A DNA stretch of 64,000 nucleotides from Thermofilaceae archaeon (GCA_038727095.1 JAVYWK010000005.1:19340-83339); one strand, 5' to 3'; shown: positions 8,240-18,591, numbered from the stretch's first letter. Made by a program: numbers and translations. Notes: generated by a model from the letters alone, not told the origin.

Positions 8240-9511
8240 CTACGGGCTGTCGCTGAACTGAGCCACGACGTAGCACGTGTAGCCTACGCGTACAGGTGGA
8301 TAAGTACAGGTGACGCCGATCCCAGCGTAGCGCCAGGCGGGGTTGAGCATGTTAGCGTTATGCCCGGGGCTCTTGCTCCACTCGTGCACAGCCTGCCTGG
8401 CTAGCTCATCAGCGCTCGTCCTGCTCGGGATGGGTATAACGATTGGGAAAACGATGATAAAGCCCGGCTGCCCCGAAGCCATGAACAAGTTCTCACCCCA
8501 CATTCTGTCGTCTGGACCTACGGAGTGCGAGAACACCCTGGTGGAAGCTAGATGCTGGCTCCAGCTTTTAGCCCTCCACGCGAGGTACTCGCTCCAACCT
8601 AAGCCAGGAAGACCATGCGATACTCTGTACTCATTTATTGCCGCAAGGATCATGCGGGCTGCAAGCTCTTCATCCACCGTGTTGAAAACGTGCAGGCCCG
8701 CAACGATCAGAACAATCAGGATTGGGGCGATTACCCACTTTTTCAACTTTCGCATCACTCTGTCTTTGGTAAGCGCAGCTCGGCGCCGCTTCATGGGGGC
8801 GCTATAACGCTGCAGCAGCGTCCTCTTGGTACCGGCGGCCGGAGCCTCGGTCTTCACAGTTACAGGTCTACGCTTCCTCTCGTTGTACTCCCTCCAGAAC
8901 CAGCTGGTGTACGCGGTACAAGGGTGGCCACTCTCGCTCAACCAGTGCTCCTTTATAACAGGAGCTATGTCGCGGTACTGTATAATGTAAGCTTGGTACT
9001 GATTAAAGGTCATCGCTAATCTCGGTGCTGCGTGTTTCTCACAATAAAATTCACCGCAGTACTTGCACACAGCAAGAACTTTCTCAGAATGATCTCCCTC
9101 AATTGTACAACGAGGACATTTTCCACATTGTCCATTGGTAATAGTGCCTTCTTGCCCAACTTTGAACCTGAAATCTGTGGTCTCCCAAAGTTGCAGAGGC
9201 GGGGGGCTACGTCCTGCAAGCTCTTCGTACAGCTCGCACACTAGTTGCCGAACGAAAGGTGACAAATCACGATATTCTCTTGCTTGCTCCAGTACTTTCT
9301 CAGCAAACTCCCATCTGGTAATATTGTTCCGAGCCAGTTCATCACCAAGTCTTTCGACCTTCATGTAAAATTGGACATCACCGTAGCTAAGGTAATTGCG
9401 TGGTCTGGCGAAGACCTCAACACCGTACTTCTCAAGGAGAAATGAACGATATTTAATCAGAATTGGGTTCACTAAACGTGTTAGAATGTAGTGTCCATCC
9501 TCCCCTGTCAT
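8240..9511 (-). CDS. Membrane protein with AN1-like Zn finger, TM helix and C-terminal CAP (SCP) domain
   Basis: CPRC...CKYCGEFYCEKH...HPC; TM WVIAPILIVLIVAGL; CAP motifs INEYRVSHGL, FSHS, GENL, WSKSPGHNANML..WRYAGIG. Confidence 0.85.
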   Translation of the reverse strand: MTGEDGHYILTRLVNPILIKYRSFLLEKYGVEVFARPRNYLSYGDVQFYMKVERLGDELARNNITRWEFAEKVLEQAREYRDLSPFVRQLVCELYEELAGRSPPPLQLWETTDFRFKVGQEGTITNGQCGKCPRCTIEGDHSEKVLAVCKYCGEFYCEKHAAPRLAMTFNQYQAYIIQYRDIAPVIKEHWLSESGHPCTAYTSWFWREYNERKRRPVTVKTEAPAAGTKRTLLQRYSAPMKRRRAALTKDRVMRKLKKWVIAPILIVLIVAGLHVFNTVDEELAARMILAAINEYRVSHGLPGLGWSEYLAWRAKSWSQHLASTRVFSHSVGPDDRMWGENLFMASGQPGFIIVFPIVIPIPSRTSADELARQAVHEWSKSPGHNANMLNPAWRYAGIGVTCTYPPVRVGYTCYVVAQFSDSP

Positions 9512-10081
9512 TGTACTTAATTCTTTAAAAATGCTTTAAACTTTTCCTTTTTAAAGTAGATGACAATTAGCCCTAGGTTTTCTAGGGAATTGACCTAGTG
9601 GTTGCTCTTTAAAATATTGTTAGGGTTGGTAAAGCTTCAGCCCTCATGATCAACTTAAGAAGAGCTATCCTTCGATTGGCTGAGCTCATCGCTTACGTTA
9701 CGGCTCCTGCGCTGCGGTTTTGCATGAGTAGTTTCACCGCCTTTCGTAAAAGTCAAACGCAGTGAATGTGCTGTATGACGTGCGAACTCAATGTTAAAAA
9801 TCAATATGTTCTTACAGTTTCGTCGACACGTTCGCAGCCCCTATCTAATCACAATGCGTTTGTGTTTTAAATTTCCCTCCATGCGCAAGCGAGAAAGTTT
9901 AACAAGTACGTCATCCTAGCTACAGTCTGATCGCTACATAAGAAGCTGGTTTCATATAACCAGCGGCTGAGAAAGTTCGTTGAGAAATAGAAGTCGTATA
10001 CGCGCCCTCAACGGGAATAAAGAGTACTCGAAATCGATAAGAGACTCACCCTCTTGAGCTCCGTACTGCTGGACCTGTAAG

Positions 10082-11041
10082 TTAACGTAGGTGCTCGACG
10101 TCACCCGAGTAGAAGACCATCTTCATTCCCTCTCTCTCCACAATCAACCCTCCCTGCTCTTCGATATCTACGGCTACACCTTCGAAAGTCCCTTTCACGG
10201 TAACCACGCGTACGGTTTTCCCAAGCGTTGATGAAAGCTCCCTCCACTCATCGAGCACGCTAACAGCAGCCCCCTCAAGCAGCATTGCGTAGAGTCGGTC
10301 GAACTCCTTAAGGATCCGCAGGAGTAGGAGTGTGCGGGGTAGTGCGCGACCCGTAAGCTCCTTTAACGATGTGGCAAGGGTCTGCAGCTCCCGCGGCGGG
10401 CTGTTGTTCACGTTAACTCCGATGCCGGCGAGTGCGTAGCGGAGCCTATCGGCTTCCGCGCTGCCTTCCACGAGAATCCCCGCGACCTTCCTTCCCTCCA
10501 CCATCACGTCGTTCGGCCATTTCAGCCGAGCATCGACGCCGGCTATCTCCCGGATGGCTTTTGCAACAGCGACGCCAGCCGTTAAACTCAGCAGGTGTGA
10601 AACCCCGAAGCTCGTCGGCCTAAGCAGGATCGTGAGCCAAAGACCACCCCTGGGGGAGACCCAGCTCCTGCCGAGCCTCCCCCTGCCCGCCGACTGCTCC
10701 TCCGCCACAACCACGGTACCCTCACCCGCCCCAGCCTCAGCGAGAGCAGCCGCAACCTCCTGGGTTGAGGAGCAGGATTCGAGGTAGCAGAGGGTGAAGG
10801 GTAGGGACGCCTTTAGCGCGCCAACGTAGCGGGCCGCCGCGCTCAAGTCGTCGCTCGCGACGAGCCTGTAACCCAGCTTAGGGTGGGCCTCAACCGGGTA
10901 CCCCTCCTCGACCAGCCTCCTCGCCAGCCTGCTCACAGTCGCACGGGAGAAGCGGAGGGCTCGCGCCAGCTTCTCCCCCAAGACAAAACCGGGGCTCAGC
11001 GCCAGCTCCCTCAGTAGGGCGGCCTCCAGCTCGCCGCTCAC
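10082..11041 (-). CDS. birA: Bifunctional biotin repressor / biotin-protein ligase
   Basis: N-terminal HTH (GEKLARAL..SRATVSR), QSAGRGRLGRSW, LKWPND, KVAGILVE, GIGVN. Confidence 0.96.
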   Translation of the reverse strand: MSGELEAALLRELALSPGFVLGEKLARALRFSRATVSRLARRLVEEGYPVEAHPKLGYRLVASDDLSAAARYVGALKASLPFTLCYLESCSSTQEVAAALAEAGAGEGTVVVAEEQSAGRGRLGRSWVSPRGGLWLTILLRPTSFGVSHLLSLTAGVAVAKAIREIAGVDARLKWPNDVMVEGRKVAGILVEGSAEADRLRYALAGIGVNVNNSPPRELQTLATSLKELTGRALPRTLLLLRILKEFDRLYAMLLEGAAVSVLDEWRELSSTLGKTVRVVTVKGTFEGVAVDIEEQGGLIVEREGMKMVFYSGDVEHLR

Positions 11042-11051
11042 GCCCCACGCA

Positions 11052-11696
11052 TCACCCCCGAGTTAAAAGGCTGTACTCGCGGCTCAGCGACCTGGCAACT
11101 CGCCAAGCGGCTAGCACGGCGAGCGCGTGATCCATCGCGAAGTCCTGCGGAATGAAGATGAGTACTGAAACCAGAGGGATCGCCAGCGCTGCATCCCGCA
11201 CCCCAAAGAGCCGGGAAGCGCCCATAACCCACGCCGCGAGCCTAGGGTCTGCGGAAACCCACCGTGTAAACACCAGGTAACCCAGCAGGTAGATCGGCAC
11301 TGCAGCAGCGCACGAAAGGAGCCACAGCGCGACTAGGTCCCGCCTACCCGCCTCGCGCAGAGTTCTTCCGCAGCCCCTCTCGTAGAGCTCCCTCAGCACG
11401 GCCGTCAGTAGAGCTGCAAGGGGGAAGGCGGCCAGGTAGCCTCCGGTCGGCCCGAGGAGGATCCCCACTCCGCCTCTGAGGCCCGCGGCTAAAGGCAAGC
11501 CCGTCGCGATGAGCGCTAGGTACAGGAGCTGGGACAGCAGAGCCCAGCGAGGTGGTAGCAGCAACCCCGAGAGGACGACGCCCGCGTTCTGCATCGTGTA
11601 GGGCACGGGCCCTAGCCTGAAGGTTACCTGTGCGAGCAGGCCGGTAACAACCGCCAACGCTGTTGAAACCGTCAACCTGAAAACGGTCACCCCCAC
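11052..11696 (-). CDS. bioY: Biotin transporter S component
   Basis: GPVPYTMQ, GPTGGYL, multiple TM segments, next to birA. Start set to GTG 11696 behind a TTAATA box (track ORF starts at 11735). Confidence 0.92.
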   Translation of the reverse strand: MGVTVFRLTVSTALAVVTGLLAQVTFRLGPVPYTMQNAGVVLSGLLLPPRWALLSQLLYLALIATGLPLAAGLRGGVGILLGPTGGYLAAFPLAALLTAVLRELYERGCGRTLREAGRRDLVALWLLSCAAAVPIYLLGYLVFTRWVSADPRLAAWVMGASRLFGVRDAALAIPLVSVLIFIPQDFAMDHALAVLAAWRVARSLSREYSLLTRG

Positions 11697-11736
11697 GGGG
11701 GAACCCTGCTCCACGCCGGCTATTAAGGACTCCACA

Positions 11737-11751
11737 GTGAAACCGTTTCAC
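11737..11751. promoter_or_regulatory. Palindrome upstream of bioY-birA, candidate BirA operator
   Basis: GTGAAAC-C-GTTTCAC, perfect 7-bp arms, just upstream of the bioY TATA. Confidence 0.45.
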
Positions 11752-11819
11752 GTAAACGCACTCCATATCCGCGACAACGGGGAAACAATCGTTTTTTACG
11801 TGCTCTGAAATAGGAAGAC

Positions 11820-12800
11820 GTGTGGCAGGGCCTCCTGCCTCCCCAAGCCTTACTGGCTTGGAGGAGGTTCAAGAAGGTGCTTCTCGATCCACCGCGGTTC
11901 GAGCCGGGCTCTTGGGCTGGCGCTGGGAAGCTCTGGCTGGACCCTCTCGACCGCGAGTTCCTGCTCACCAGTAGGCCTAGGGGCTGGCCGGAGAGGGGGT
12001 TCGCAATCGAAGTTTACCGCTCCAGGGATGGGGAGAACTTCACGCTCGCTTGCAGGTTGAGCAAGGAGGAGTTGAGCGATATGTGCGGCTTAAAGGTGCT
12101 CAGCATCGAGGGGACGCAAATCCTCCGCGACCCGCTGACCGGGAGGTACATGCTCTACGCCTCCCTTGACGTGGGCGGAAGATGGGAGACCTACCTGCTG
12201 TCCTCAGACGACCCGGCGGGGCCCTGGCGCGGTGAAGGGTATGTGCTCCGCTGCGATAGGGACTACGATGCGGTGGAGGCTAGGGACCCGACGATCGATA
12301 TCGTCGATGGGCGCTACATCTGCCTCTACAAGGCCAACGCGGGTGGGCTTTCGGTCAGGACGGCGCTGGCAGTCAGCGAGGATGGGCGCCGGTGGGTGAA
12401 GCTGGGGATTCCCCGGTTGGATGGCGAGGAGCAGAAGCCCTACTTCCTCCTCTACGGCTCCATCTTCGCCGGCTGCACAGGCCCCGTGATCATCGGTGTT
12501 GCCACGAGAGAGGTGGTGAAAGGCGCCCACCTGACCGACACCTTCGCCGCCTACGTCATAGATTACCGGGGGTTGAACCTCGAGCGGATCTTCGAGGCGA
12601 AGTGGGCGCCGGGCTCGATCTACGAGCACCCCCGCTACCCCATCCACGGTTACGCTGGCGTGGCTCAAGACGTGGAGCGCGGCCGCTGGTTGATCTGGAT
12701 CGAGGCTGTCGACCCGAGCTGGAGCAGGGAGCCCGGATTAAACGAGGAGGTTGATAGGGTGCTACTCTACGAGAGCAAGCCGCCATCGAAAAGTTTTTAG
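11820..12800 (+). CDS. Putative five-bladed beta-propeller glycoside hydrolase-like protein
   Basis: Asp-box-like YRSRDGENF and AVSEDGRRW, ARDPTI, SDDPAGPW (GH32/43/130-like features). Confidence 0.6.
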   Translation: MWQGLLPPQALLAWRRFKKVLLDPPRFEPGSWAGAGKLWLDPLDREFLLTSRPRGWPERGFAIEVYRSRDGENFTLACRLSKEELSDMCGLKVLSIEGTQILRDPLTGRYMLYASLDVGGRWETYLLSSDDPAGPWRGEGYVLRCDRDYDAVEARDPTIDIVDGRYICLYKANAGGLSVRTALAVSEDGRRWVKLGIPRLDGEEQKPYFLLYGSIFAGCTGPVIIGVATREVVKGAHLTDTFAAYVIDYRGLNLERIFEAKWAPGSIYEHPRYPIHGYAGVAQDVERGRWLIWIEAVDPSWSREPGLNEEVDRVLLYESKPPSKSF

Positions 12801-12812
12801 TAGCAAACGCCC

Positions 12813-13757
12813 GTGGGCCGCGTGGAGTTCGATCCGAAAGCCTTCCTCGAGAAGGCAGTGGAGGAAGTAAGGTCCAGGGTGGGCGGTGAGCGCGCGATTG
12901 CCGCCTGCTCGGGCGGTGTTGACAGCACCGTCTCAGCGCTGATAGCGAGGATTGCGCTCGGCGACCGGCTGAAGGCAGTGTACATCGATGACGGCTTCAG
13001 GAGGTTGGGCGAGCCAGAGGCGACGGTCCAGCTCCTAAGGAGCCTCGGGCTAGATGTGGAGTTGATCGACGCGAAGAATGAGTTCTACAACGCCGTTAGG
13101 GGGCTGAGGGACGCTGAGGAGAAGAGGAAGGCGTTCAGGCACACCTTCTACACCGTGCTAGGGAGAGCCGCGAAGAGCTGGGGGGCTAGGTTCCTGGTGC
13201 AGGGCACGATCGCGCCCGACATCATCGAGACCGTGGGCGGGGTGAAGACGCAGCACAACGTGCTGGTGCAGCTGGGTTTGGACCCCAGGGCTTACGGCTT
13301 CGAAGTGGTTGAACCCCTCAGGGAGCTGTACAAGCCGCAGGTGAGGCAGCTGGCCAGGTATTTGGGCCTCCCGAAGGAGATCTCGGAGAAGATGCCCTTC
13401 CCCGGTCCCGGGCTCCTCATCAGGGTTGTGGGCGAGGCGACGCCGGAGAAAGTGGACATCGTGAGGAGGGCCACGAGGATCGTTGAGGAGGAGACTCGGG
13501 GCTTGGGCGCCTTCCAGGCCTTCGCCGTCCTCCTCGAGGGTAAGGCAACGGGAGTCAAAGGGGGTAAGAGGGTCTACGGCTACATAGTAGCTGTGAGGGT
13601 GGTGGAGAGCGAGGACGCGGTTACGGCTAGGGCCAGCGAACTCCCCTACCCGCTGCTCAAGCGGATCGCCAACCGCATCATCAACGAGGTGCCGGAGGTG
13701 GCTCGCGTGCTCTACGACGTCACTGACAAGCCCCCGGCCACCATCGAGTTCGAGTAA
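12813..13757 (+). CDS. guaAB: GMP synthase, ATP pyrophosphatase subunit B
   Basis: SGGVDS PP-loop, QGTIAPDIIE, KTQHNV, PFPGPGL, KPPATIEFE. Confidence 0.96.
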   Translation: MGRVEFDPKAFLEKAVEEVRSRVGGERAIAACSGGVDSTVSALIARIALGDRLKAVYIDDGFRRLGEPEATVQLLRSLGLDVELIDAKNEFYNAVRGLRDAEEKRKAFRHTFYTVLGRAAKSWGARFLVQGTIAPDIIETVGGVKTQHNVLVQLGLDPRAYGFEVVEPLRELYKPQVRQLARYLGLPKEISEKMPFPGPGLLIRVVGEATPEKVDIVRRATRIVEEETRGLGAFQAFAVLLEGKATGVKGGKRVYGYIVAVRVVESEDAVTARASELPYPLLKRIANRIINEVPEVARVLYDVTDKPPATIEFE

Positions 13758-13806
13758 AGACCTTCAGATGAGCGTAGGGACGACCGACCTCCGACGTCGC
13801 GCCGCA

Positions 13807-13821
13807 GTAACGCCGCGTTAC
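13807..13821. terminator. Short hairpin between convergent genes
   Basis: GTAACG-CCG-CGTTAC between the guaAB and glycosidase stop codons; no oligo-T tract. Confidence 0.25.
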
Positions 13822-13825
13822 GCTC

Positions 13826-15976
13826 CTACAAGTCGATGATTACCATCTCGTACTCATCGAGTTTCAAGGAGAGCCTACCATCGACTAGATCAAGCACGCG
13901 GCCCGTAAGAGCTGATCTTGCCTTACGAGGTTCGAAACCCTTGATTTCAATCGTAACGTCCACGGGCACGGTTTCTCTCGGCGGCATGACGGTTTCAACT
14001 GTGGAATGCCACATCGTGGGATCATCAGTGTTCCCCCTCAGGATGATCCTTCTATCGAACGTTAGATTGACGAGGTGGATCAGGAGCTGGCCGCTCCTCA
14101 CATAAGGCTCAAAGAGCACGAGCCCCCTACTGAAAGCCCTCAGCGGCGGTTCGCCAGACACCCACTTAACAGCCCCCTCGATCAGAGCCTCATAATGGGG
14201 GAGCCCAAGCCTCCAGTAGAGTCTCCCCAACTGCCCGCTGAAGTAAACCGTTCTGCGCTGCTCTCCTACTACGATAGCTGGGATGCTCGTTTCCGGTCCG
14301 AGGAGCGGTGGGGATCTCCCGTTTTCGTACTCGTACCCGTACTCCCCAGCCGCTAGCGCAACCCTACCTAGCACTCGCGAGCCTTCTACAGGCTCCACTA
14401 TAGCATGCCAAGCAAGTGAGGGCGGCACCCTCCTATCCCTGAACACCCTGTCAAAGTCCCCCCACACTATGATTGGGTCGGGAACCCCTCTGACAACCGG
14501 ATGATCGCCCGTGATAACCACGTAGCTCCAGTTAGCCTTTAGCGTACCCCTGTAGGAGACTCCGAGAAGCCTTGAAAGCCGAAACTCCTCGAGGCTCCTC
14601 CCCATCTCATCCAGCTTCGACGTTAGGAAGGAGGCCACTAAGCCCCCACCCCTTCCGACGAACGCCTCAAGCTGCGCTGCCGCGCGCTCAGAGAGGGAAG
14701 CCGTGTTACCTAGGAGGATGCCAGCGAAGCCCGCGAGGCGGCCTTCATCCAACCGAGAGTCAGAGATGAAGTCCACTGGGAAGCCGTTGTAGGCAAGGGC
14801 GTAGTAGAGCCCCCTCACCTCATCCGTAACGTGTCTCGGATCCCCTCGACCAGCCCAGTCTCTGCTCCGATTCGAATAGACCACGCCAGCGTACCTCACC
14901 CTTTCAACGCCCTCCATAAACTCCTCAAGCCTTTCAACCTCCGCCATCACCTCGGATACGGGTCTGCGGTACGAGCTGGTTTGCGCAAAAGCGGAGCTGA
15001 ACACGAGGATCATCGGATCGCCGCCGGCCGCGAAAATCTCCCTGACTCCCTGCTTGATCACGATCGGCGTCGTCGGCGTGGTTGTAAGCGCCATGTGGAA
15101 CACGTTCCTGGTAGCCCAGACCCTCTTACCCCCGCTGAGCGCCTGCGTTAGCTTCACCATTTCCGCTAGGAAACCGGGGGGCTGGTAGTCCGCTTCAGAG
15201 CACTCGGCGAAGACTACATCCAGGTGGTCCCTAGCCATCTCAACAATCGTGTTTGCCCTACCCTTCCACCCGGCTGGGTGGCTGTTGTAAACGAGTAGAG
15301 CATTCCTGCTTAGAGATTTGACTAGGTTGTAAATGCGCTCGATCGCTTTGACGTTGACCTTGTACCTCGACAGGAAGCTCTCCCTGTAGGCCAGGGAATC
15401 CCAGTCCTCGGTCGCAGGTAGATCCCGCCCCGTTTCATCCCTATGGAGCTTCCTGCACCTCTCGCAGAAGCAAGCTCTCTCCAGGTCCGGCATGTACCTG
15501 AAGGAGTCGAGGAAAACGCCGTCAACACCGTAGGCAAGCACTTCACTCACTTCCTTCAAAATCCTCTCGAGGAATGGGGAGTTCAAGCACATCAACGGCC
15601 ATCTCAGTTCCGGGTTAGCCTCCTGGGAGGGGTTTGTATCCATGTGGATGACCGAGCCGTCTAGCCTCCTCTGGGCCCAATCCGGGTTTGCGCTGTAAAG
15701 CTCAGGGTCAGTCGTGTGGCCAACCATTACAACTACCTTAAGGTTTGACTTTCTGGCGGCTTCAACTAACTCACGTATGAAATCCCTCGAGCCGAGAGCT
15801 GCGGCTTTCCTTATAGCCCCACTATTGTAGTAGGCCCTCCCCCAAGCATCCCTGGCGAAAACCACGATTACGTTGCAGTGGAGCTCCCTCGCTAGCCTTG
15901 CTACATCTTCGCCCGTGATCCCGCTGAGGTACTTCAGCTCCCTATCCTCGAAGTTGAACTGGAGAATCCTAGCCAC
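13826..15976 (-). CDS. Glycoside hydrolase (GHL6/GH42-like TIM barrel plus trimerisation domain)
   Basis: RDFIRELVEAARK, NPDWAQR, CLNSP, YGVDGVFLD, CFCERC, later class-I GAT-like domain (LSERAAAQLEAFVGRGGGLVAS). Confidence 0.8.
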   Translation of the reverse strand: MARILQFNFEDRELKYLSGITGEDVARLARELHCNVIVVFARDAWGRAYYNSGAIRKAAALGSRDFIRELVEAARKSNLKVVVMVGHTTDPELYSANPDWAQRRLDGSVIHMDTNPSQEANPELRWPLMCLNSPFLERILKEVSEVLAYGVDGVFLDSFRYMPDLERACFCERCRKLHRDETGRDLPATEDWDSLAYRESFLSRYKVNVKAIERIYNLVKSLSRNALLVYNSHPAGWKGRANTIVEMARDHLDVVFAECSEADYQPPGFLAEMVKLTQALSGGKRVWATRNVFHMALTTTPTTPIVIKQGVREIFAAGGDPMILVFSSAFAQTSSYRRPVSEVMAEVERLEEFMEGVERVRYAGVVYSNRSRDWAGRGDPRHVTDEVRGLYYALAYNGFPVDFISDSRLDEGRLAGFAGILLGNTASLSERAAAQLEAFVGRGGGLVASFLTSKLDEMGRSLEEFRLSRLLGVSYRGTLKANWSYVVITGDHPVVRGVPDPIIVWGDFDRVFRDRRVPPSLAWHAIVEPVEGSRVLGRVALAAGEYGYEYENGRSPPLLGPETSIPAIVVGEQRRTVYFSGQLGRLYWRLGLPHYEALIEGAVKWVSGEPPLRAFSRGLVLFEPYVRSGQLLIHLVNLTFDRRIILRGNTDDPTMWHSTVETVMPPRETVPVDVTIEIKGFEPRKARSALTGRVLDLVDGRLSLKLDEYEMVIIDL

Positions 15977-17042
15977 CCGAACACCCCCTCAACTCAACCC
16001 TGTACGCCGCAACATCCTCCACAACAGCGTCTTCGGAGCCCACAGTCACCCGCTCCCCGTTAACGTTGAGTACGAGTTGTGCGAGCCCCGTGGCTCCGTC
16101 CAGCACGACGCCTGTCACCTCCCCCTCGATCATCGCTTCCCTACCCTTTCTCAGGTGCATCCCGTACACCGTTGCCCGCAGCCTGCAACCCCTCCTAATG
16201 AGGACCTCCGCCTCGAGTAGCGCCAGCCTGAAGAATGTAAACGACGTTGGGAGCCTTACAGGATCGTCGCAGAGGGCTTCGCTCCTAATCCACCTGTTGA
16301 AGAAGTCGTGCTGGAGAAAGTCGATCAGAACCGGCTCTTCGATGATCAAGCCGTAGCTGGGCGTCTGGTAGGGGCCCATCCGCCTTTGCGTAACGGCAGC
16401 AAGCCTCGAGTCCGCGATGGCTACGACGTCACCCGAGATGTAGCGTTTCACCTTCCTCACCTTCGGTATGCTCTCACGATCCACAGGTACGCCCGGCACC
16501 TCATAGAGGAGCACATAGACGTTAACCCCCTCCTCCTCCTTAGCCTCTAAAACCGTGGAAAGGGAGCTCACGAAGCGGGCGTCTCCGCACACAACCAGAT
16601 CCACGCTCGCTTCCTTGATCACTTCCTCCGCTCTGGCTAGAAAGCTCCTCCAGTTGCGTAGAACGTATACCAGGAACTCCTCCTTCTCCGACCGTTTCTC
16701 AGTAGAGTAGCTGCTACTCAGCAGAGCCAACGCCTGCGACTTGAGCTCCCTGACCCTCTGATCAAATAGTTTCTCCACAACGCTTGGAGGGACTGCTCTG
16801 TACACGTTCGGCCTCCCGTAGCTCACTTCAACAAGGCCCACCTGTGCCAGCTCCTTTAGGTAGCTGTGGAGCTGGGGGGGTTTTGCACCCAGCTCCTCGC
16901 TCAGGTCGCTTAACGACATGGGACCTTTCACAGCTAGCACCCAGTAGAGCTCTGCGCTGAACTTGCTCAAACCCAACGAGGCGAAAAACTCCCTGAGAAC
17001 CCTACTGGCATTCATAAAATCGGGCTGAGACTTATCAGACAT
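15969..17042 (-). CDS. trmB: TrmB family sugar-sensing transcriptional regulator
   Basis: LGLSKFSAELY, HTH, GRPNVYRAVPP, C-terminal VTVGSEDAVVEDVAA. ATG 17042 chosen (track 17072). Confidence 0.92.
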   Translation of the reverse strand: MSDKSQPDFMNASRVLREFFASLGLSKFSAELYWVLAVKGPMSLSDLSEELGAKPPQLHSYLKELAQVGLVEVSYGRPNVYRAVPPSVVEKLFDQRVRELKSQALALLSSSYSTEKRSEKEEFLVYVLRNWRSFLARAEEVIKEASVDLVVCGDARFVSSLSTVLEAKEEEGVNVYVLLYEVPGVPVDRESIPKVRKVKRYISGDVVAIADSRLAAVTQRRMGPYQTPSYGLIIEEPVLIDFLQHDFFNRWIRSEALCDDPVRLPTSFTFFRLALLEAEVLIRRGCRLRATVYGMHLRKGREAMIEGEVTGVVLDGATGLAQLVLNVNGERVTVGSEDAVVEDVAAYRVELRGCSGG

Positions 17043-17232
17043 CCCAGCACCATCTTCACGCTTCAAGTGCACTTTCTTATTAATCTTTCCTTGTAAGCAT
17101 CATCCCTAGCCGCGCTGGATCACCTTCTACCGGGGGAAGCTGAGCAAAGTTACCGATGTATTGCATTTGATTAATAACAAAAGCTAGGAAAAAGATAAAT
17201 AGGGGAAGCGGTAGGGGTATCCATGTGGAAAC

Positions 17233-18591
17233 ATGCAGGGCAGACCCCCTCCTTCCAGGCTGATTATCGTCGCTCTTAGCATCGCCCTTGTCGTGGTATC
17301 TGCTGTAGCTGGATACTTCGCTTACTTGGCAACTAGACCTCCTCCAGCGCCTCCACCCCCATCACCACCACCTACGAGGCCACTAACTCGGATAATATTC
17401 GCCTCAACCCAGCTAGCCCCAGCAGCGGAGCAAGCTTTCGTGCGAGGCCTTCTAGCAGGCCTTCTACACGAGAAGAACATCACGGTTGAGTTCGTACCTC
17501 TAGGCTACGCTGACATGGCGGCCAAGCTCGAGGCGGAAGTGACAACAGGGAAAGTGACCGTCACAGTTGTCGGCGGGCTGGCAACAGAGATCGATTTCTT
17601 CGCTAGCAAAGGCCTGCTGGAAGATCTAGGCAAGTTTGGAACCCTCCCCGATAGGACGTTTGTTAGAACCGCGTTAAACGTTGTAGACGAAATGAAGAAT
17701 AGGTACGGCGTCACCGCGTTCGCCCCGTGGATGACGGCCACCTTCCTCGTCGTTGTGAATAACAGGGCCTTCGAATACCTGCCTCAGGGTTTAACGAAGG
17801 AGGACGTTGTCACGGGCACTGAGAAGTGGACGTGGGATGCCCTGGTAGCTTGGGCTCGAAACATCTACGAGAAGACAGGAGAGAGGAGAATGGGTCTCCC
17901 AGCCGGAGCGGGCGGCCTGCTCCACAGGCTGCTTCACGGCTACCTCTACGTATCTTACACCGGTTACCAGTCCAGGTACTTCGATAGCCCGGAGGCAGTC
18001 GAACTATGGAACATGTTGAAGGAGTTGTGGAAGTACTGCCACCCCGAGAGCACCACCTGGGCAGCGATGGCTGACCCTCTGATCAGGGGCGACGTGTGGA
18101 TCGCCTGGGATCACACAGCTAGGGTTGTGGCTGCCCTCAAAACGATGCCCGAAACGTTCACAGCTGTACCGGTCCCCAGAGGGCTTAATAGCAGAGGCTA
18201 CATCATCGTGTTGGCCGGTCTCGCCATGCCCAAGGGTGCTCCCGACCAGGATGCTGGTTGGGAGCTGATAGAGTTCCTGACAAGGCCCGAGATACAGGCC
18301 AGGGTAGCTGAAAACGTCGGCTTCTTCCCGGTTGTAGAAGAAGCCACGCCCGTAATCGTTGATCCGGGCATAAAGGTGCTATCCGCAGGTGTTTCAAGGC
18401 AGCTTGCGACACCCGACGGTAAAGCCGTCTTTATACCCGTGCTCGGAGGTAAAGCGGGCGATTACGTCGCGCTTTACAGGGAAGCGTTCGAGAGAATAGT
18501 ACTGAAGGGAGAAGAAATCACCAGAGTGCTAGCGGAGCTTAGGCCCAAGCTCGACGCGATCTTCACTGAGCTCGGGATCGAAGCCCCATAG
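17233..18591 (+). CDS. Sugar ABC transporter substrate-binding protein
   Basis: N-terminal TM, Pro-rich linker, cluster-D SBP features (PWMTATF, WTWDAL, AWDHTAR). Confidence 0.92.
   Translation: MQGRPPPSRLIIVALSIALVVVSAVAGYFAYLATRPPPAPPPPSPPPTRPLTRIIFASTQLAPAAEQAFVRGLLAGLLHEKNITVEFVPLGYADMAAKLEAEVTTGKVTVTVVGGLATEIDFFASKGLLEDLGKFGTLPDRTFVRTALNVVDEMKNRYGVTAFAPWMTATFLVVVNNRAFEYLPQGLTKEDVVTGTEKWTWDALVAWARNIYEKTGERRMGLPAGAGGLLHRLLHGYLYVSYTGYQSRYFDSPEAVELWNMLKELWKYCHPESTTWAAMADPLIRGDVWIAWDHTARVVAALKTMPETFTAVPVPRGLNSRGYIIVLAGLAMPKGAPDQDAGWELIEFLTRPEIQARVAENVGFFPVVEEATPVIVDPGIKVLSAGVSRQLATPDGKAVFIPVLGGKAGDYVALYREAFERIVLKGEEITRVLAELRPKLDAIFTELGIEAP

Noticed and set aside
9512-10081. 570-bp AT-rich gap with a small hairpin (CCCTAG-GTTTT-CTAGGG) as a possible origin or IS remnant
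   Set aside because: No ORB-like repeats, no adjacent cdc6/orc1, no terminal inverted repeats or transposase similarity seen
12813-13757. GMP synthase lacking a glutaminase domain
   Set aside because: Split, unlinked subunits are normal in archaea
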